From contig JBDKUX010000093.1 in assembly GCA_039679455.1 (NCBI GenBank), positions 3,879 to 67,878 on the forward strand: DNA of 64,000 nucleotides, read 5' to 3'. A program made the position numbers and the translations under genes. Positions 19,843 to 29,145 of this stretch are shown here, piece by piece. Position 1 is the first letter of the stretch; every line of letters begins with the position of its first letter. The DNA is from Smithella sp. GTDB lineage: Bacteria > Desulfobacterota > Syntrophia > Syntrophales > Smithellaceae. Below the pieces are notes generated by a model. That model worked only from the letters and a program-made list of their open reading frames with translations. It did no database searches and was not told the DNA's origin.

Positions 19843-21198
19843 TCAGATTCTTGGTCCTTTTGGGACCCAATTAATAGGGAGTACCTCGATTTCTCCGCTT
19901 TCCAGTACGTCAACGGTTTTCTTAATCAGGTTTTTTTCTATCGTACCTCCAACGACTATACTTTCGCTAATAGTAACATTTCTTCGGACTTCGTGTCTGT
20001 CCACTATTTTTCGTTCAGTCGCAGGAATCGTGATTCCTTGGTCATTTGTAAACGAATACCTTTTCCAGAGAACCGAGTTTTTGATGCGTGCACCACGCTC
20101 AATTGTCCATCCATCTCCAATGATGGCATAAGGACCGATTTCGGCATCAGGCTCGACAACACAGTCATTACCTATAACTACCGGCGGTACTATCTTTACT
20201 TTTGAAAAATCAATCGCCACATTTGTCCCAAGGTATCCCCATGGAAATTTTTCATAAGGGATATCAATGGGTATTTCATCGTCGAGGATCGATTTGTTCA
20301 CACTAAGATAGTCCGTCTTTCTACCTACATCGAACCATAATCCATCATATTCTAAACCCCATAAAACGCAATCCCTTGGAATAGATATGTAATCTATTTT
20401 ACCAAGCATGGCGGGGAACACATGTTTACCAAAATCATAAAATGCCCCTTCTATTCCCATTTTGGCTTCTGTTCTCAGTGGATCGATAATTTTTAGCAGG
20501 TCTTTTTCTATTATATACACAGATGCATTATTAAGATTGCTGGGCGAATTAGGATCTTTTTCAAAAAAGTTGGCAATTCTTCCTGATTTTGAGATGAAGC
20601 CATGCAATGTCTCCGGCGCTTCGAGTAGCACGGTGCCGAATTCAGCTCTTCTCTTCAAAGGAACAGGAGTGAGAAGAATTGTTAAAGCGGCACCTTTTTT
20701 TCTATGAATCTCATACATCTCTTCCAACATTGCTGTACTAAAATCGGTGACAATGTCACCGCTTGGGACAATTACTGATGTCCCATTGAATTCAGCGTTA
20801 GTGGTAACCTCTTCAATGTGAGAGACTCTTTTGGCATTTTTCCCGAGGGTCTGTTTACATATTCCACCAAGTGTTCCAGACGGAATCTCTTCCTCGACAT
20901 ATTCAATGTTTACACCGAATCTTGCACCATCTCTGAAGTAGCTCTTGATCGTATCCTTAAGAACAGACAAGTTCATGGAGATTTGGGTAATACCAGCTTC
21001 TACAGACTTTCTTACCCATAATTCCACCATCGGTGTACTTCCACCAAGCGGAAACATGGGCTTGGGAATGTGGTGAACTGTAAGTGGATCCATCCTTGTA
21101 CCTAAACCAGCTGCCAAAATGGCAACTTTAAGTTTCCCATTAACGCCTTTCTTATTAGTCCAACTCTTACTGAGATAATCCTCCAAATCTATAGGCAT
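19843..21198 (-). CDS. NDP-sugar synthase (sugar-1-phosphate nucleotidyltransferase with left-handed beta-helix)
   Basis: ILAAGLGTRMDPLT..IPKPM, GTLGG, SGDIVTD, FFEK, DFGKHVFP, WFDVG, hexapeptide repeats. Confidence 0.88.
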   Translation of the reverse strand: MPIDLEDYLSKSWTNKKGVNGKLKVAILAAGLGTRMDPLTVHHIPKPMFPLGGSTPMVELWVRKSVEAGITQISMNLSVLKDTIKSYFRDGARFGVNIEYVEEEIPSGTLGGICKQTLGKNAKRVSHIEEVTTNAEFNGTSVIVPSGDIVTDFSTAMLEEMYEIHRKKGAALTILLTPVPLKRRAEFGTVLLEAPETLHGFISKSGRIANFFEKDPNSPSNLNNASVYIIEKDLLKIIDPLRTEAKMGIEGAFYDFGKHVFPAMLGKIDYISIPRDCVLWGLEYDGLWFDVGRKTDYLSVNKSILDDEIPIDIPYEKFPWGYLGTNVAIDFSKVKIVPPVVIGNDCVVEPDAEIGPYAIIGDGWTIERGARIKNSVLWKRYSFTNDQGITIPATERKIVDRHEVRRNVTISESIVVGGTIEKNLIKKTVDVLESGEIEVLPINWVPKGPRI

Positions 21199-21260
21199 TT
21201 TCCCTTGAATCCTTCATTTCACTTTTCGATATTGGATTGTCATTATTTTCGCATTCGAAT

Positions 21261-21491
21261 TTATTGGTTAATCTTGATTAAGAGGTTAGATAGCCGGGAA
21301 TACTCTTCTCCGTCACCATTGTAATCGTCACTCCGGCTGGTACCATAGTCACCAGGAAAATTATGGAAGCGCTGATTGTACTCCTCTTCATTTTCCATGA
21401 ATTGACTTTTAATTATTTTACGATAATTGGACAATGTCTCCAAAATAGCGGTTTCAATATCTAGTTGCTTAATATCGTTTCTTTTCTTCAT
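21261..21491 (-). CDS. small hypothetical peptide, ~76 aa
   Basis: ORF co-oriented with and 62 bp upstream of the NDP-sugar synthase, downstream of a good sigma70 promoter; no clear RBS. Confidence 0.45.
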   Translation of the reverse strand: MKKRNDIKQLDIETAILETLSNYRKIIKSQFMENEEEYNQRFHNFPGDYGTSRSDDYNGDGEEYSRLSNLLIKINQ

Positions 21492-21546
21492 AATTTTTTT
21501 CAATCGATCTTAATATTGATAATGACTTGTTTTCTTACTCGTGGAG

Positions 21547-21575
21547 AGGATAGGAGAATCGATTTTGTATGTCAA
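21547..21575 (-). promoter_or_regulatory. sigma70 promoter of the islet cassette
   Basis: TTGACA-17 nt-TATCCT on the minus strand. Confidence 0.55.
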
Positions 21576-22128
21576 GACAATTTATAACAAAAATGCTCAA
21601 TCGAGTGGCATACTTACCAATTTCAATATGAACGTGAAAAGAAGTGACTCTCCCTGACAAGGAAGCTAATCCACAATTCCAGTAAACAAAGAGAGCCAAG
21701 AGGTTCATCCTGCCAAAGTGCTGAACATAAAGCACAGAGAATTTCGCCTGACTGAATGACTTATTCCCAGAAATATTTGTTCCCTGTTTGCCCACAGGAA
21801 AGTGTAAGGCACTTTCCCTATTTTTATCGATTTGATTCGTGTAAAATCCTTCAATTTTTATATTATTATTGTCTCAACCTTCGCAGGAGCGAAATAATTG
21901 TAGCATGTTGTGCTGTAAGTGGGACCAAATAGTCAGAGATTGGAGCCAGGTCTTGATGCGTAGGTATATTACTGAAGCTACGCCGGTTCTGGATTACCCG
22001 GTCGCGAGACTGTGTCGTAATTGTCTTTGCACACAATCTTTGCATGCTCTTTGACAAAAGAATATTAGAAATTGGTTAAGAAATAAAAAAGCCGTATATT
22101 TCTTAAGGCAAAGACATTGTGTTTCAAC

Positions 22129-23460
22129 CTAAATGGATTGTCGTATTGCCTTCATGTGATCAATTCTCTTTTGTATCAGTGCATTGGTGCCGATGTCTTC
22201 GCGGTAGGCGACAGGTCCTTTCACGGCTTTGACGCCTTCTTCGGCGATTTTGCGGGCTTCATCCAGCGTGTCGGCGATGCCGACGATGCCGATGGCGCGC
22301 GAAGAACTCAGATACAGGCCGTCTTCCTTCTTATCCACGGAAGAATAGTAAAGTCTTGCTTTTCCCACGTCACCCACTTCAATCTTTGCTTTGGATGACG
22401 CCGCGTCGGGATGATCGGCGGGGAGCCCATAGCCTTTGGGAACAACATATTTGCAGACGGTTGCTTTGGATTCAAATTCGATTTTCAACTTATCGAGTGT
22501 GCCGTTGATGATGTGTCGGCAGATGCTGACAAAATCAGTTTTCAAAAGCGGCAGGATGTTCATGGCTTCAGGGTCTCCGAAACGCGCGTTGTATTCCAGG
22601 AGCTTCGCGCCGTTTTTCGTGGCGATGAATCCGCCGTACATGACGCCTTTATAGGGGCTGCCGGTTTCTTTTAAAAGCGCCGCTGCGACCTGACGGGTAA
22701 TCTCCAGGCCTTCTTCAATATCCGAAGGCTTCAGAAAGGGCATGGAGTGATCGGACAGGGAATAGGAGCCCATACCGCCCGTGTTGGGACCCTTGTCACC
22801 GTCAAAGCGCCGTTTGTGATCCTGGACCAGCGGCGTGCCGACAACGGTTTTACCGTCGCACAGACACTGCAGCGAAAACTCTTCGCCGTCAAACTTTTCC
22901 TCGACGATGACGGAGGAACTGTCTTGCAGAATCTGGGCGCATAAGTTCATCGCTTCTTCTTTTGTTGTGAAGTGATCACCCTGTACAAGAACGCCTTTGC
23001 CGCCGGTGAGTCCATCCGGTTTCAGCACAATGCCGTCGAGGAAATTCAAAAACGCCTCCACTCCTTCCATGGAGGTAAAGACTTTATACTGTGGATTGCC
23101 GGGAATATTATATTTATTGACCAGATCGCGGGTAAACGATTTGGATGTTTCCAGGCGCGCCAGACTTTTATTGGGGCCGACAGCGGGAATGCCGACTTGT
23201 GCCAGCGCATCCACGACGCCGTTATTCAGCGGATCTTCCGGACCGATAATGGCCAGTTCAATTTTATTTTCCCGGGCAAAAAGGGTAATTGCTGCCAGAT
23301 CGGCGTAGCCGCCGATTTTTGTTTGTTCCGACAGTGATGCGATGCCAGGGTTGTTTGCTTTCATGTAAGAAAATAATAGCGGTTTTTCCGCCGAGCGCAT
23401 AATAGCTTCCGCCATGGCATGCTCGCGGGCGCCGTTGCCGACTAGAAGTATGTTGGGCAT
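22129..23460 (-). CDS. purD: phosphoribosylamine-glycine ligase
   Basis: GNGAREHA, IGPEDPL, LETSKSF, KPDGLTGGKGV, QDHKR, GPNTGGMG, EYNARFGDPE. Confidence 0.95.
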   Translation of the reverse strand: MPNILLVGNGAREHAMAEAIMRSAEKPLLFSYMKANNPGIASLSEQTKIGGYADLAAITLFARENKIELAIIGPEDPLNNGVVDALAQVGIPAVGPNKSLARLETSKSFTRDLVNKYNIPGNPQYKVFTSMEGVEAFLNFLDGIVLKPDGLTGGKGVLVQGDHFTTKEEAMNLCAQILQDSSSVIVEEKFDGEEFSLQCLCDGKTVVGTPLVQDHKRRFDGDKGPNTGGMGSYSLSDHSMPFLKPSDIEEGLEITRQVAAALLKETGSPYKGVMYGGFIATKNGAKLLEYNARFGDPEAMNILPLLKTDFVSICRHIINGTLDKLKIEFESKATVCKYVVPKGYGLPADHPDAASSKAKIEVGDVGKARLYYSSVDKKEDGLYLSSSRAIGIVGIADTLDEARKIAEEGVKAVKGPVAYREDIGTNALIQKRIDHMKAIRQSI

Positions 23461-23598
23461 TTTACAATCTCCAAAATTAGTTGTGCCGGAATGAATAACG
23501 GATATTTACTTTTAAGTCAATTAATAGAAGCCCACATCATTACAAAGTATTTGTCTTTTTTCCCGACATTCTGGTAAATTGCAACATGTAAAAAGAAA

Positions 23599-24879
23599 TT
23601 GAGGATTATTGACGCTTTGGATTTGCCATTACAATTAATAATAATTTTTATACTGTTTTTATTCTCCGGTTTTTTCTCATCGACGGAAGCTGCTTTGTTT
23701 TCTCTGACAGATTTACATCTGCACAAGATGAAATTGGACCGTTATCCGTTTCTGAAATTAGTCCGCAGTCTGCTGGAAAACCGCCGCCGTCTTTTGATTA
23801 CGATAGTTGTCGGCAATGAGGCCGTGAATATCGGCATTTCGATTTTAATGGCGTCTTTTTTCATTGGTCTTTTCGGGGCCAACGGTCAATGGATTGCCAT
23901 TGTTGTATCGAGCGTGTTACTGCTTCTGGCCGGTGAGTCTATTCCCAAGACATTCGGGGTGGTTTACCCCATGCCGATATCCTCCGCCACATCCCCCGTC
24001 CTTACTGCTTTTTCCCGTCTGGCTTATCCCTTTGTTGTGGGGTTGGAAAAAATATCAGACTTCATTGTCAATCGATACACGCGCGGTAAATCCCGGAATG
24101 TCGAGCCGATAACGGAAGATGAGTTTAAAACGCTCATCGATGCAGGAAGCCGCGAAGGTGTTGTGGAGGAATCGCAAAAGGAGCTGATCAATAGAATTTT
24201 TGAATTGGGTGATGAACCGGTAACCGATATTATGGTGCCCCGGGTGGACATGTTTTGTCTTCCGGTGACCATGACGATGAAAGAAGTCGCCGCCAGGGTA
24301 GTCAAGGCGCGGCATGAAAGAGTACCAGTCTATGCCGGTGATCGCGACGACATCATCGGGATTCTTTATGTCCGTGACCTGATTTCCGCTTTGCAGGAAA
24401 ATAAGATGGACAGCATAGAAAAACTGCTCAGAAGGCCGTATTTTGTTCCTGAAGAGAAAACCATCAACGGGCTTTTACATGACTTCCGGGAAAGCCACAT
24501 GCAAATAGCCGTTATAGTTGATGAATATGGAGGCTTGTCCGGTTTGGTTACGTTGGAAGATATTTTGGAGCATTTGTTTGAAGAGGAACTTACAGAGTGC
24601 AGCGATTCCCAGAGCGGTTGCGAAAGGGTAGATGAAAATACCGTTGTTGTGCCCGGCAAACTGCCGTTGGACCAGTTCAATACTTTAATGCAGGCTCAGT
24701 TGCCGGAAGATGAATTCGACACGATTGGCGGGTTTGTCTTGCATTTATTCGGCAATCTGCCCTCGAAAGGTGAAGAGTATGAATACAACGGTTTTACATT
24801 TCATATAGAAAATGTAGGTAAGGCCAGGATATCGAAAATAAAGGTAAAACGAGCAGCGGAGCAAATTAGAAATATATGA
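23599..24879 (+). CDS. CNNM/CBS/CorC hemolysin-family transporter
   Basis: FFSSTEAALFS, GESIPK, IMVPRVDM, VDEYGG, DTIGGF. Confidence 0.9.
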   Translation: MRIIDALDLPLQLIIIFILFLFSGFFSSTEAALFSLTDLHLHKMKLDRYPFLKLVRSLLENRRRLLITIVVGNEAVNIGISILMASFFIGLFGANGQWIAIVVSSVLLLLAGESIPKTFGVVYPMPISSATSPVLTAFSRLAYPFVVGLEKISDFIVNRYTRGKSRNVEPITEDEFKTLIDAGSREGVVEESQKELINRIFELGDEPVTDIMVPRVDMFCLPVTMTMKEVAARVVKARHERVPVYAGDRDDIIGILYVRDLISALQENKMDSIEKLLRRPYFVPEEKTINGLLHDFRESHMQIAVIVDEYGGLSGLVTLEDILEHLFEEELTECSDSQSGCERVDENTVVVPGKLPLDQFNTLMQAQLPEDEFDTIGGFVLHLFGNLPSKGEEYEYNGFTFHIENVGKARISKIKVKRAAEQIRNI

Positions 24880-26180
24880 GCATCTATTTAACGGTAGGGA
24901 TCATTTTTGTCTGTCTCATTTTGGAGGCGCTTTATTCCGGCGGTGAAATAGCTTTAATTTCTTCTGATATCAACAAGATCAGATTTTTCGCCGGGCGTGG
25001 TTCCTTTTCTGCAAGGCAGGCCCTGAAGCTGATGGAGCAGCCGGAATGGTTTATTTCCACAACGATTATCGGCACCAACCTGGCTATCATCACCAGCTCT
25101 ACTTTAGCCACAGGACTTTTTATTTCATTTTTCGGGCCGGTATACGGTGAGCAAATTTCGCTTATCATCCTGTTGCCGACCTTGTTTTTCATGATTATTT
25201 ACCGCAGTATTTTTCAACATTATGCAGAAATAATGGCTGTAAAAATTGCATTTTTTATCCGGATATCCTCTATTATTTTTTATCCGGCAGCCTTTATTAT
25301 TGCCCTGGTCTCCAAATGGACAGTTAGATTTTTAACCGGCCGTAAAGTCAGCAACCCTTCCTATATCACAAAGGAGGGGCTGAAATTTATTCTGGGAGCA
25401 AAAACGCAGGGCAGCGATATTCTGAAAACGGAAAGAGAGATGGTCAACAGAGTATTTGATTTTTCTGAAATTACGGCGGACGATATAATGATTCATTTGT
25501 CGGCAATGACGGCGCTGCCGATTACGACTAAAATTACCGATGCCGCCTGTATTATCGACAGTAAAAAATATTTACGGATACCGGTTTATCAGGATCAGAT
25601 ATTTAATATAGTCGGCATATTGCATTACTTTGATCTATTGAAAGCCTTGTACAAACAGAAAGATAAAAGTTCAACACCTGCGGAAGAGGAAACCATTGAA
25701 TCATTTTTACAGACAGAGGTGCTTTTCGTGCCCCAGACAAAAAAGGCCAAGGATCTCCTGGTGGATATGCAAAAGTGTCATGAACACATGGCCGTCGTTG
25801 TCGATGAATACGGCGGGGCAGTTGGTATTGTAACTATTGAAGATATCGGAGAGGAAATTATCGGCAACATCGATGATGAATACACTGCCGGTGAAAAATT
25901 ATACAATAAAATGGCGCCGAACAGATATCTGGTCAAGGGACGCATGGAAATAGATGATCTGGATCGACTTTTGTCGACGAAATTACCCAAAGGCAATTAT
26001 GAAACTCTGGGCGGCTTCCTGATGAACAGATTAGGAAGAGTTCCTCAAAGAAAAGAAAAGATCGATTATGGCGGAATGAAATTTATCATTGAAAACGCCG
26101 ATCAAAAAAACATCAAGGAAGTGCTGGTGATTCTCCCCGATCAGATGGATTTGGAATCAAAGAAAAAACAGGAAAGGTAA
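24876..26180 (+). CDS. second CNNM/CBS/CorC hemolysin-family protein
   Basis: YSGGEIALIS, VVDEYGGAVGIVTIED, YETLGGF. Confidence 0.88.
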   Translation: MSIYLTVGIIFVCLILEALYSGGEIALISSDINKIRFFAGRGSFSARQALKLMEQPEWFISTTIIGTNLAIITSSTLATGLFISFFGPVYGEQISLIILLPTLFFMIIYRSIFQHYAEIMAVKIAFFIRISSIIFYPAAFIIALVSKWTVRFLTGRKVSNPSYITKEGLKFILGAKTQGSDILKTEREMVNRVFDFSEITADDIMIHLSAMTALPITTKITDAACIIDSKKYLRIPVYQDQIFNIVGILHYFDLLKALYKQKDKSSTPAEEETIESFLQTEVLFVPQTKKAKDLLVDMQKCHEHMAVVVDEYGGAVGIVTIEDIGEEIIGNIDDEYTAGEKLYNKMAPNRYLVKGRMEIDDLDRLLSTKLPKGNYETLGGFLMNRLGRVPQRKEKIDYGGMKFIIENADQKNIKEVLVILPDQMDLESKKKQER

Positions 26181-26190
26181 TTAAGAAAAA

Positions 26191-26952
26191 ATGACGGACA
26201 ATAAATTTTGTGCATTGATTTTAGCTGCGGGCAAAGGCACCCGCATGAAATCGGATTTAGCTAAAGTGCTTCATATCCTGGAAGGAAAACCCCTGCTCGA
26301 TTATTCCCTTGCCGCTGCTAAGCTCGCCGGGGCGGAAAAAATTGTGGTGATTGTAGGCCATCAGGCCGAAGTGGTTAAAAAGGAATTTGCCGGCTCAGGA
26401 GCTGTTTTCGTGGAGCAAAACCCGCAATTGGGTACAGGTCACGCGGTCTTGCAGGCCAAAGATGTACTGGCGGATTACTCCGGTTTGACTGTTATTCTTT
26501 GCGGTGATGTGCCCCTGCTCAAGCCGGCCACTATTTCGGGATTGATTGAAAATCATCGGGCATCCGGAGCGCCGGTTACCGTACTGACAACATGTCCGGC
26601 TGATCCCCGGGGTTATGGACGGATTGTAAAAGATGCTCATGGAAATGTTTCCAAAATTGTTGAGGAACGGGACGCCACTGCTGCGGAAAAAAGCATCGAC
26701 GAGATAAATACCGGAATTTATTGTGTAGATACACCTTTTCTGTTTGCCGCCTTAGGGAAAATAACCAACGATAACAGTCAGCAGGAATACTATTTGACGG
26801 ATATTGTCGAAATTGCCTGCCGTGAGGGATTTACAGTTCGATCACACATTGCCCCGGACTATGTCGAAGTAATGGGCATTAATACACCGGAAGAATTGGC
26901 CAGAGCGGGTCGGCATCTGCAAGATAATCGAAAGAATCCGGTTTTTCTGTGA
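26191..26952 (+). CDS. GlcNAc-1-P uridyltransferase (GlmU N-terminal domain only)
   Basis: LAAGKGTRMKS..KVLH, QLGTGHAV, GDVP, GYGRIV, EINTG, EYYLTD; ends before the acetyltransferase domain. Confidence 0.88.
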   Translation: MTDNKFCALILAAGKGTRMKSDLAKVLHILEGKPLLDYSLAAAKLAGAEKIVVIVGHQAEVVKKEFAGSGAVFVEQNPQLGTGHAVLQAKDVLADYSGLTVILCGDVPLLKPATISGLIENHRASGAPVTVLTTCPADPRGYGRIVKDAHGNVSKIVEERDATAAEKSIDEINTGIYCVDTPFLFAALGKITNDNSQQEYYLTDIVEIACREGFTVRSHIAPDYVEVMGINTPEELARAGRHLQDNRKNPVFL

Positions 26953-27926
26953 TTAGCATAATTCGTTCATTATCGGGCAAAGCACTTTTGGCGCCGCTCG
27001 CAGGTATTACCAACTTGCCTTTTCGTTTGATTACCCGATCTTTCGGTTGTGCGCTGGCCTACACGGAAATGGTCAGTGCCAACGGTCTTACCCGGAATAC
27101 GGAAAAAACCTTTGAATACCTGCAATCCTGTGCTGAAGATAAGCCTCTGAGCATACAGATTTTCGGCGCCGATTCGCAATTAATGGCCCGGGCGGCATGC
27201 ATTGCAGTTGAACATGGCGCCGATTTAATTGACATCAACATGGGATGCCCGGTGAAAAAAGTTGTTAAAACCGGAGCCGGAGCCATGCTGATGAAAGATC
27301 CCGGAGCTGTTGCCCGGATTGTTGCCGCTGTTAAAAAAGCCGTTCCAATCCCTGTCACCGTGAAAATTCGGTCCGGCTGGAATCGCAGCTCAATAAATGC
27401 CGTCGAGATTGCCCGAATTGCCGAAGATTCGGGAGCTGATGCCGTGGCTGTTCATGGAAGGACTGCCGATCAGGGATACGGCGGGACGGCTGACTGGAAA
27501 ATTATCGAGGCAGTCAAGGAAGCCTTGCATATTCCGGTAATCGGCAACGGCGATATCTGGCAGCCGCAGGATGCGATCAGAATGATGACGCGGACATCCT
27601 GTGACGCCGTAATGGTGGGCAGAGGTGTGTTGGGCAATCCCTGGATATTTATGGGGATAAATCAATTGCTGGACGGAAAGCCGGAGGGCTGGATGCCCAG
27701 CTTGATGCAAAGGTATGAAATAATCAAGAAACACTGGTCAATGGAAGCTGAATTATGCGGCTCCCAGGCTGCGGCGAGAAATTTTCGCAAGCACTTGTTG
27801 TGGTACACAAAAGGATTGGAAGGATCCAGCCGGTTTCGTAATCTTGTTTCCGCCCTGCCGGATCGGGAAAGTATGCTGGTTGAACTTGATAAATATTTTC
27901 AATCACTGGCAAATGTTAATCTTTAA
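26949..27926 (+). CDS. dusB: tRNA-dihydrouridine synthase B
   Basis: LAPLAG, TEMVSA, DINMGCP, VKIRSGW, VHGRT, GNGDI. Confidence 0.9.
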   Translation: MISIIRSLSGKALLAPLAGITNLPFRLITRSFGCALAYTEMVSANGLTRNTEKTFEYLQSCAEDKPLSIQIFGADSQLMARAACIAVEHGADLIDINMGCPVKKVVKTGAGAMLMKDPGAVARIVAAVKKAVPIPVTVKIRSGWNRSSINAVEIARIAEDSGADAVAVHGRTADQGYGGTADWKIIEAVKEALHIPVIGNGDIWQPQDAIRMMTRTSCDAVMVGRGVLGNPWIFMGINQLLDGKPEGWMPSLMQRYEIIKKHWSMEAELCGSQAAARNFRKHLLWYTKGLEGSSRFRNLVSALPDRESMLVELDKYFQSLANVNL

Positions 27927-28049
27927 ATAATAACTTGACTTTGAACGGATAAATTGGCATAAATAAAAAGGATTTTATATTTTTTAACAGTTTTTTTTCT
28001 AGTTTTATTATGTACTTATTACATACTAATAGGAAGGACAAAAAATAAA

Positions 28050-28280
28050 GTGGAAATAGGTAAATTTAACGAACTGGAAGATAAAATAAAAGGAATAATC
28101 AGCGAAAAAATATTTTTGAAAAAACAGATACAAACACTGGAGGAAGTGCTTAAAAATAAAGATGCGGAGATAGAAGGTTTAAATAATAAACTAAAGGCAT
28201 TAGACGGGGAAAGGGAAAACGTACGTGCTAGGGTGGATTCGTTACTTGAATTACTTGCGGATATAGAGTTGGCAAAATAA
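28050..28280 (+). CDS. ZapB-like coiled-coil protein
   Basis: Short coiled coil directly upstream of zapA. Confidence 0.7.
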   Translation: MEIGKFNELEDKIKGIISEKIFLKKQIQTLEEVLKNKDAEIEGLNNKLKALDGERENVRARVDSLLELLADIELAK

Positions 28281-28298
28281 GCTTCCAAGGTATGGGTT

Positions 28299-28577
28299 TT
28301 GAAAAAGAGTTATAAAATTAATATCTTGGGTCAAGAGCTTTCGGTTTTAAGTGATGCAGATGATGAACATGTGTTAAATGTTATCCAGTTAATCAATGAA
28401 AAAACAGAAGAGGTATTAAAGTCTGCAAATAATCTCAAAACCTTAGATGTTGCTATTCTGACAGCTTTAAATGTTGCAGAAGAATTGGTAAAATTAAAAA
28501 GAGTAAATAAGGAACTGTGTGATCAATTGGAAAGCAGGTCCGAAAAATTGATTAAACTAATTGAAAACGCAAGTTAA
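28299..28577 (+). CDS. zapA: cell division protein ZapA
   Basis: INILGQE, AILTALNVAEEL; position before 6S RNA. Confidence 0.85.
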   Translation: MKKSYKINILGQELSVLSDADDEHVLNVIQLINEKTEEVLKSANNLKTLDVAILTALNVAEELVKLKRVNKELCDQLESRSEKLIKLIENAS

Positions 28578-28591
28578 TTATTAGGTTGTGT

Positions 28592-28784
28592 ACCCCTGCG
28601 ATGTGCGTGATTAACATTTGTTTCTGAGCCAACATTTTGAACTTGGGGTCTAATCTTGTTTGTGGTGTGCAGGTCAGCCTTTTCCCGCCAGTCGGGGGGG
28701 GCAGAAAGCCTAAAGCAATACAATACCGGACGCCCACTTTGTAAAAAGGTTCAAAAAAACTATTAACACGGCATAGGCGGGGGT
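28592..28784 (+). ncRNA. ssrS: 6S RNA
   Basis: ~190 nt after zapA; ends pair (ACCCCTGCGATGTGCGTG / CACGGCATAGGCGGGGGT); TTTTGAAC/GTTCAAAA inner helix; canonical zapA-ssrS-rny synteny. Confidence 0.82.
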
Positions 28785-29145
28785 TTTTATGCCCTGAGCC
28801 TTAATTATCGACCTTGATCCTGCCTTTAGAAAAAACCAGGTTGCATTCATTTTGATGCCTTTGTTGGTATACTTGCATGTTTTTTTTCAACATGTTAATA
28901 TTATTAGTGTAATAGTTCTGCAATGATTCTTTGTCGTCGCTCTGGTGTCTGTGTGAATCGAGCCCGGAGATTAGAATATGCAGCAATGAATCCTTTGGTC
29001 AAAAGTTTTTTTGCTTCAACCAAAAGGTTTAAATATAGCGCTGTTGGGGGAAATTGCTTAAAGAGATTTGGGTCTTATAGGTAAATATGACGGAAAAATT
29101 TCCCAGAAGCAATTGTTTCCAGCGGGGCACGGGGAGGTATGTTAA

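Larger units (their letters stand above)
17640..22110. other. AT-rich horizontally acquired islet between cstA and purD
   Basis: Visibly AT-richer than the flanks, long non-coding stretches, orphan genes; boundaries approximate; no integrase. Confidence 0.6.

Noticed and set aside
17742-21549. CGTGGAGAGG 10-mer at 17742 and 21540 as possible att sites
   Set aside because: Too short, does not bracket the whole AT-rich block, and there is no integrase
21535-22057. Short ORFs of 61-86 aa in the islet
   Set aside because: No RBS, no motifs, overlapping on both strands, and one overlaps a promoter
23599-26180. Tandem CNNM/CorC paralogs
   Set aside because: Common arrangement in deltaproteobacteria
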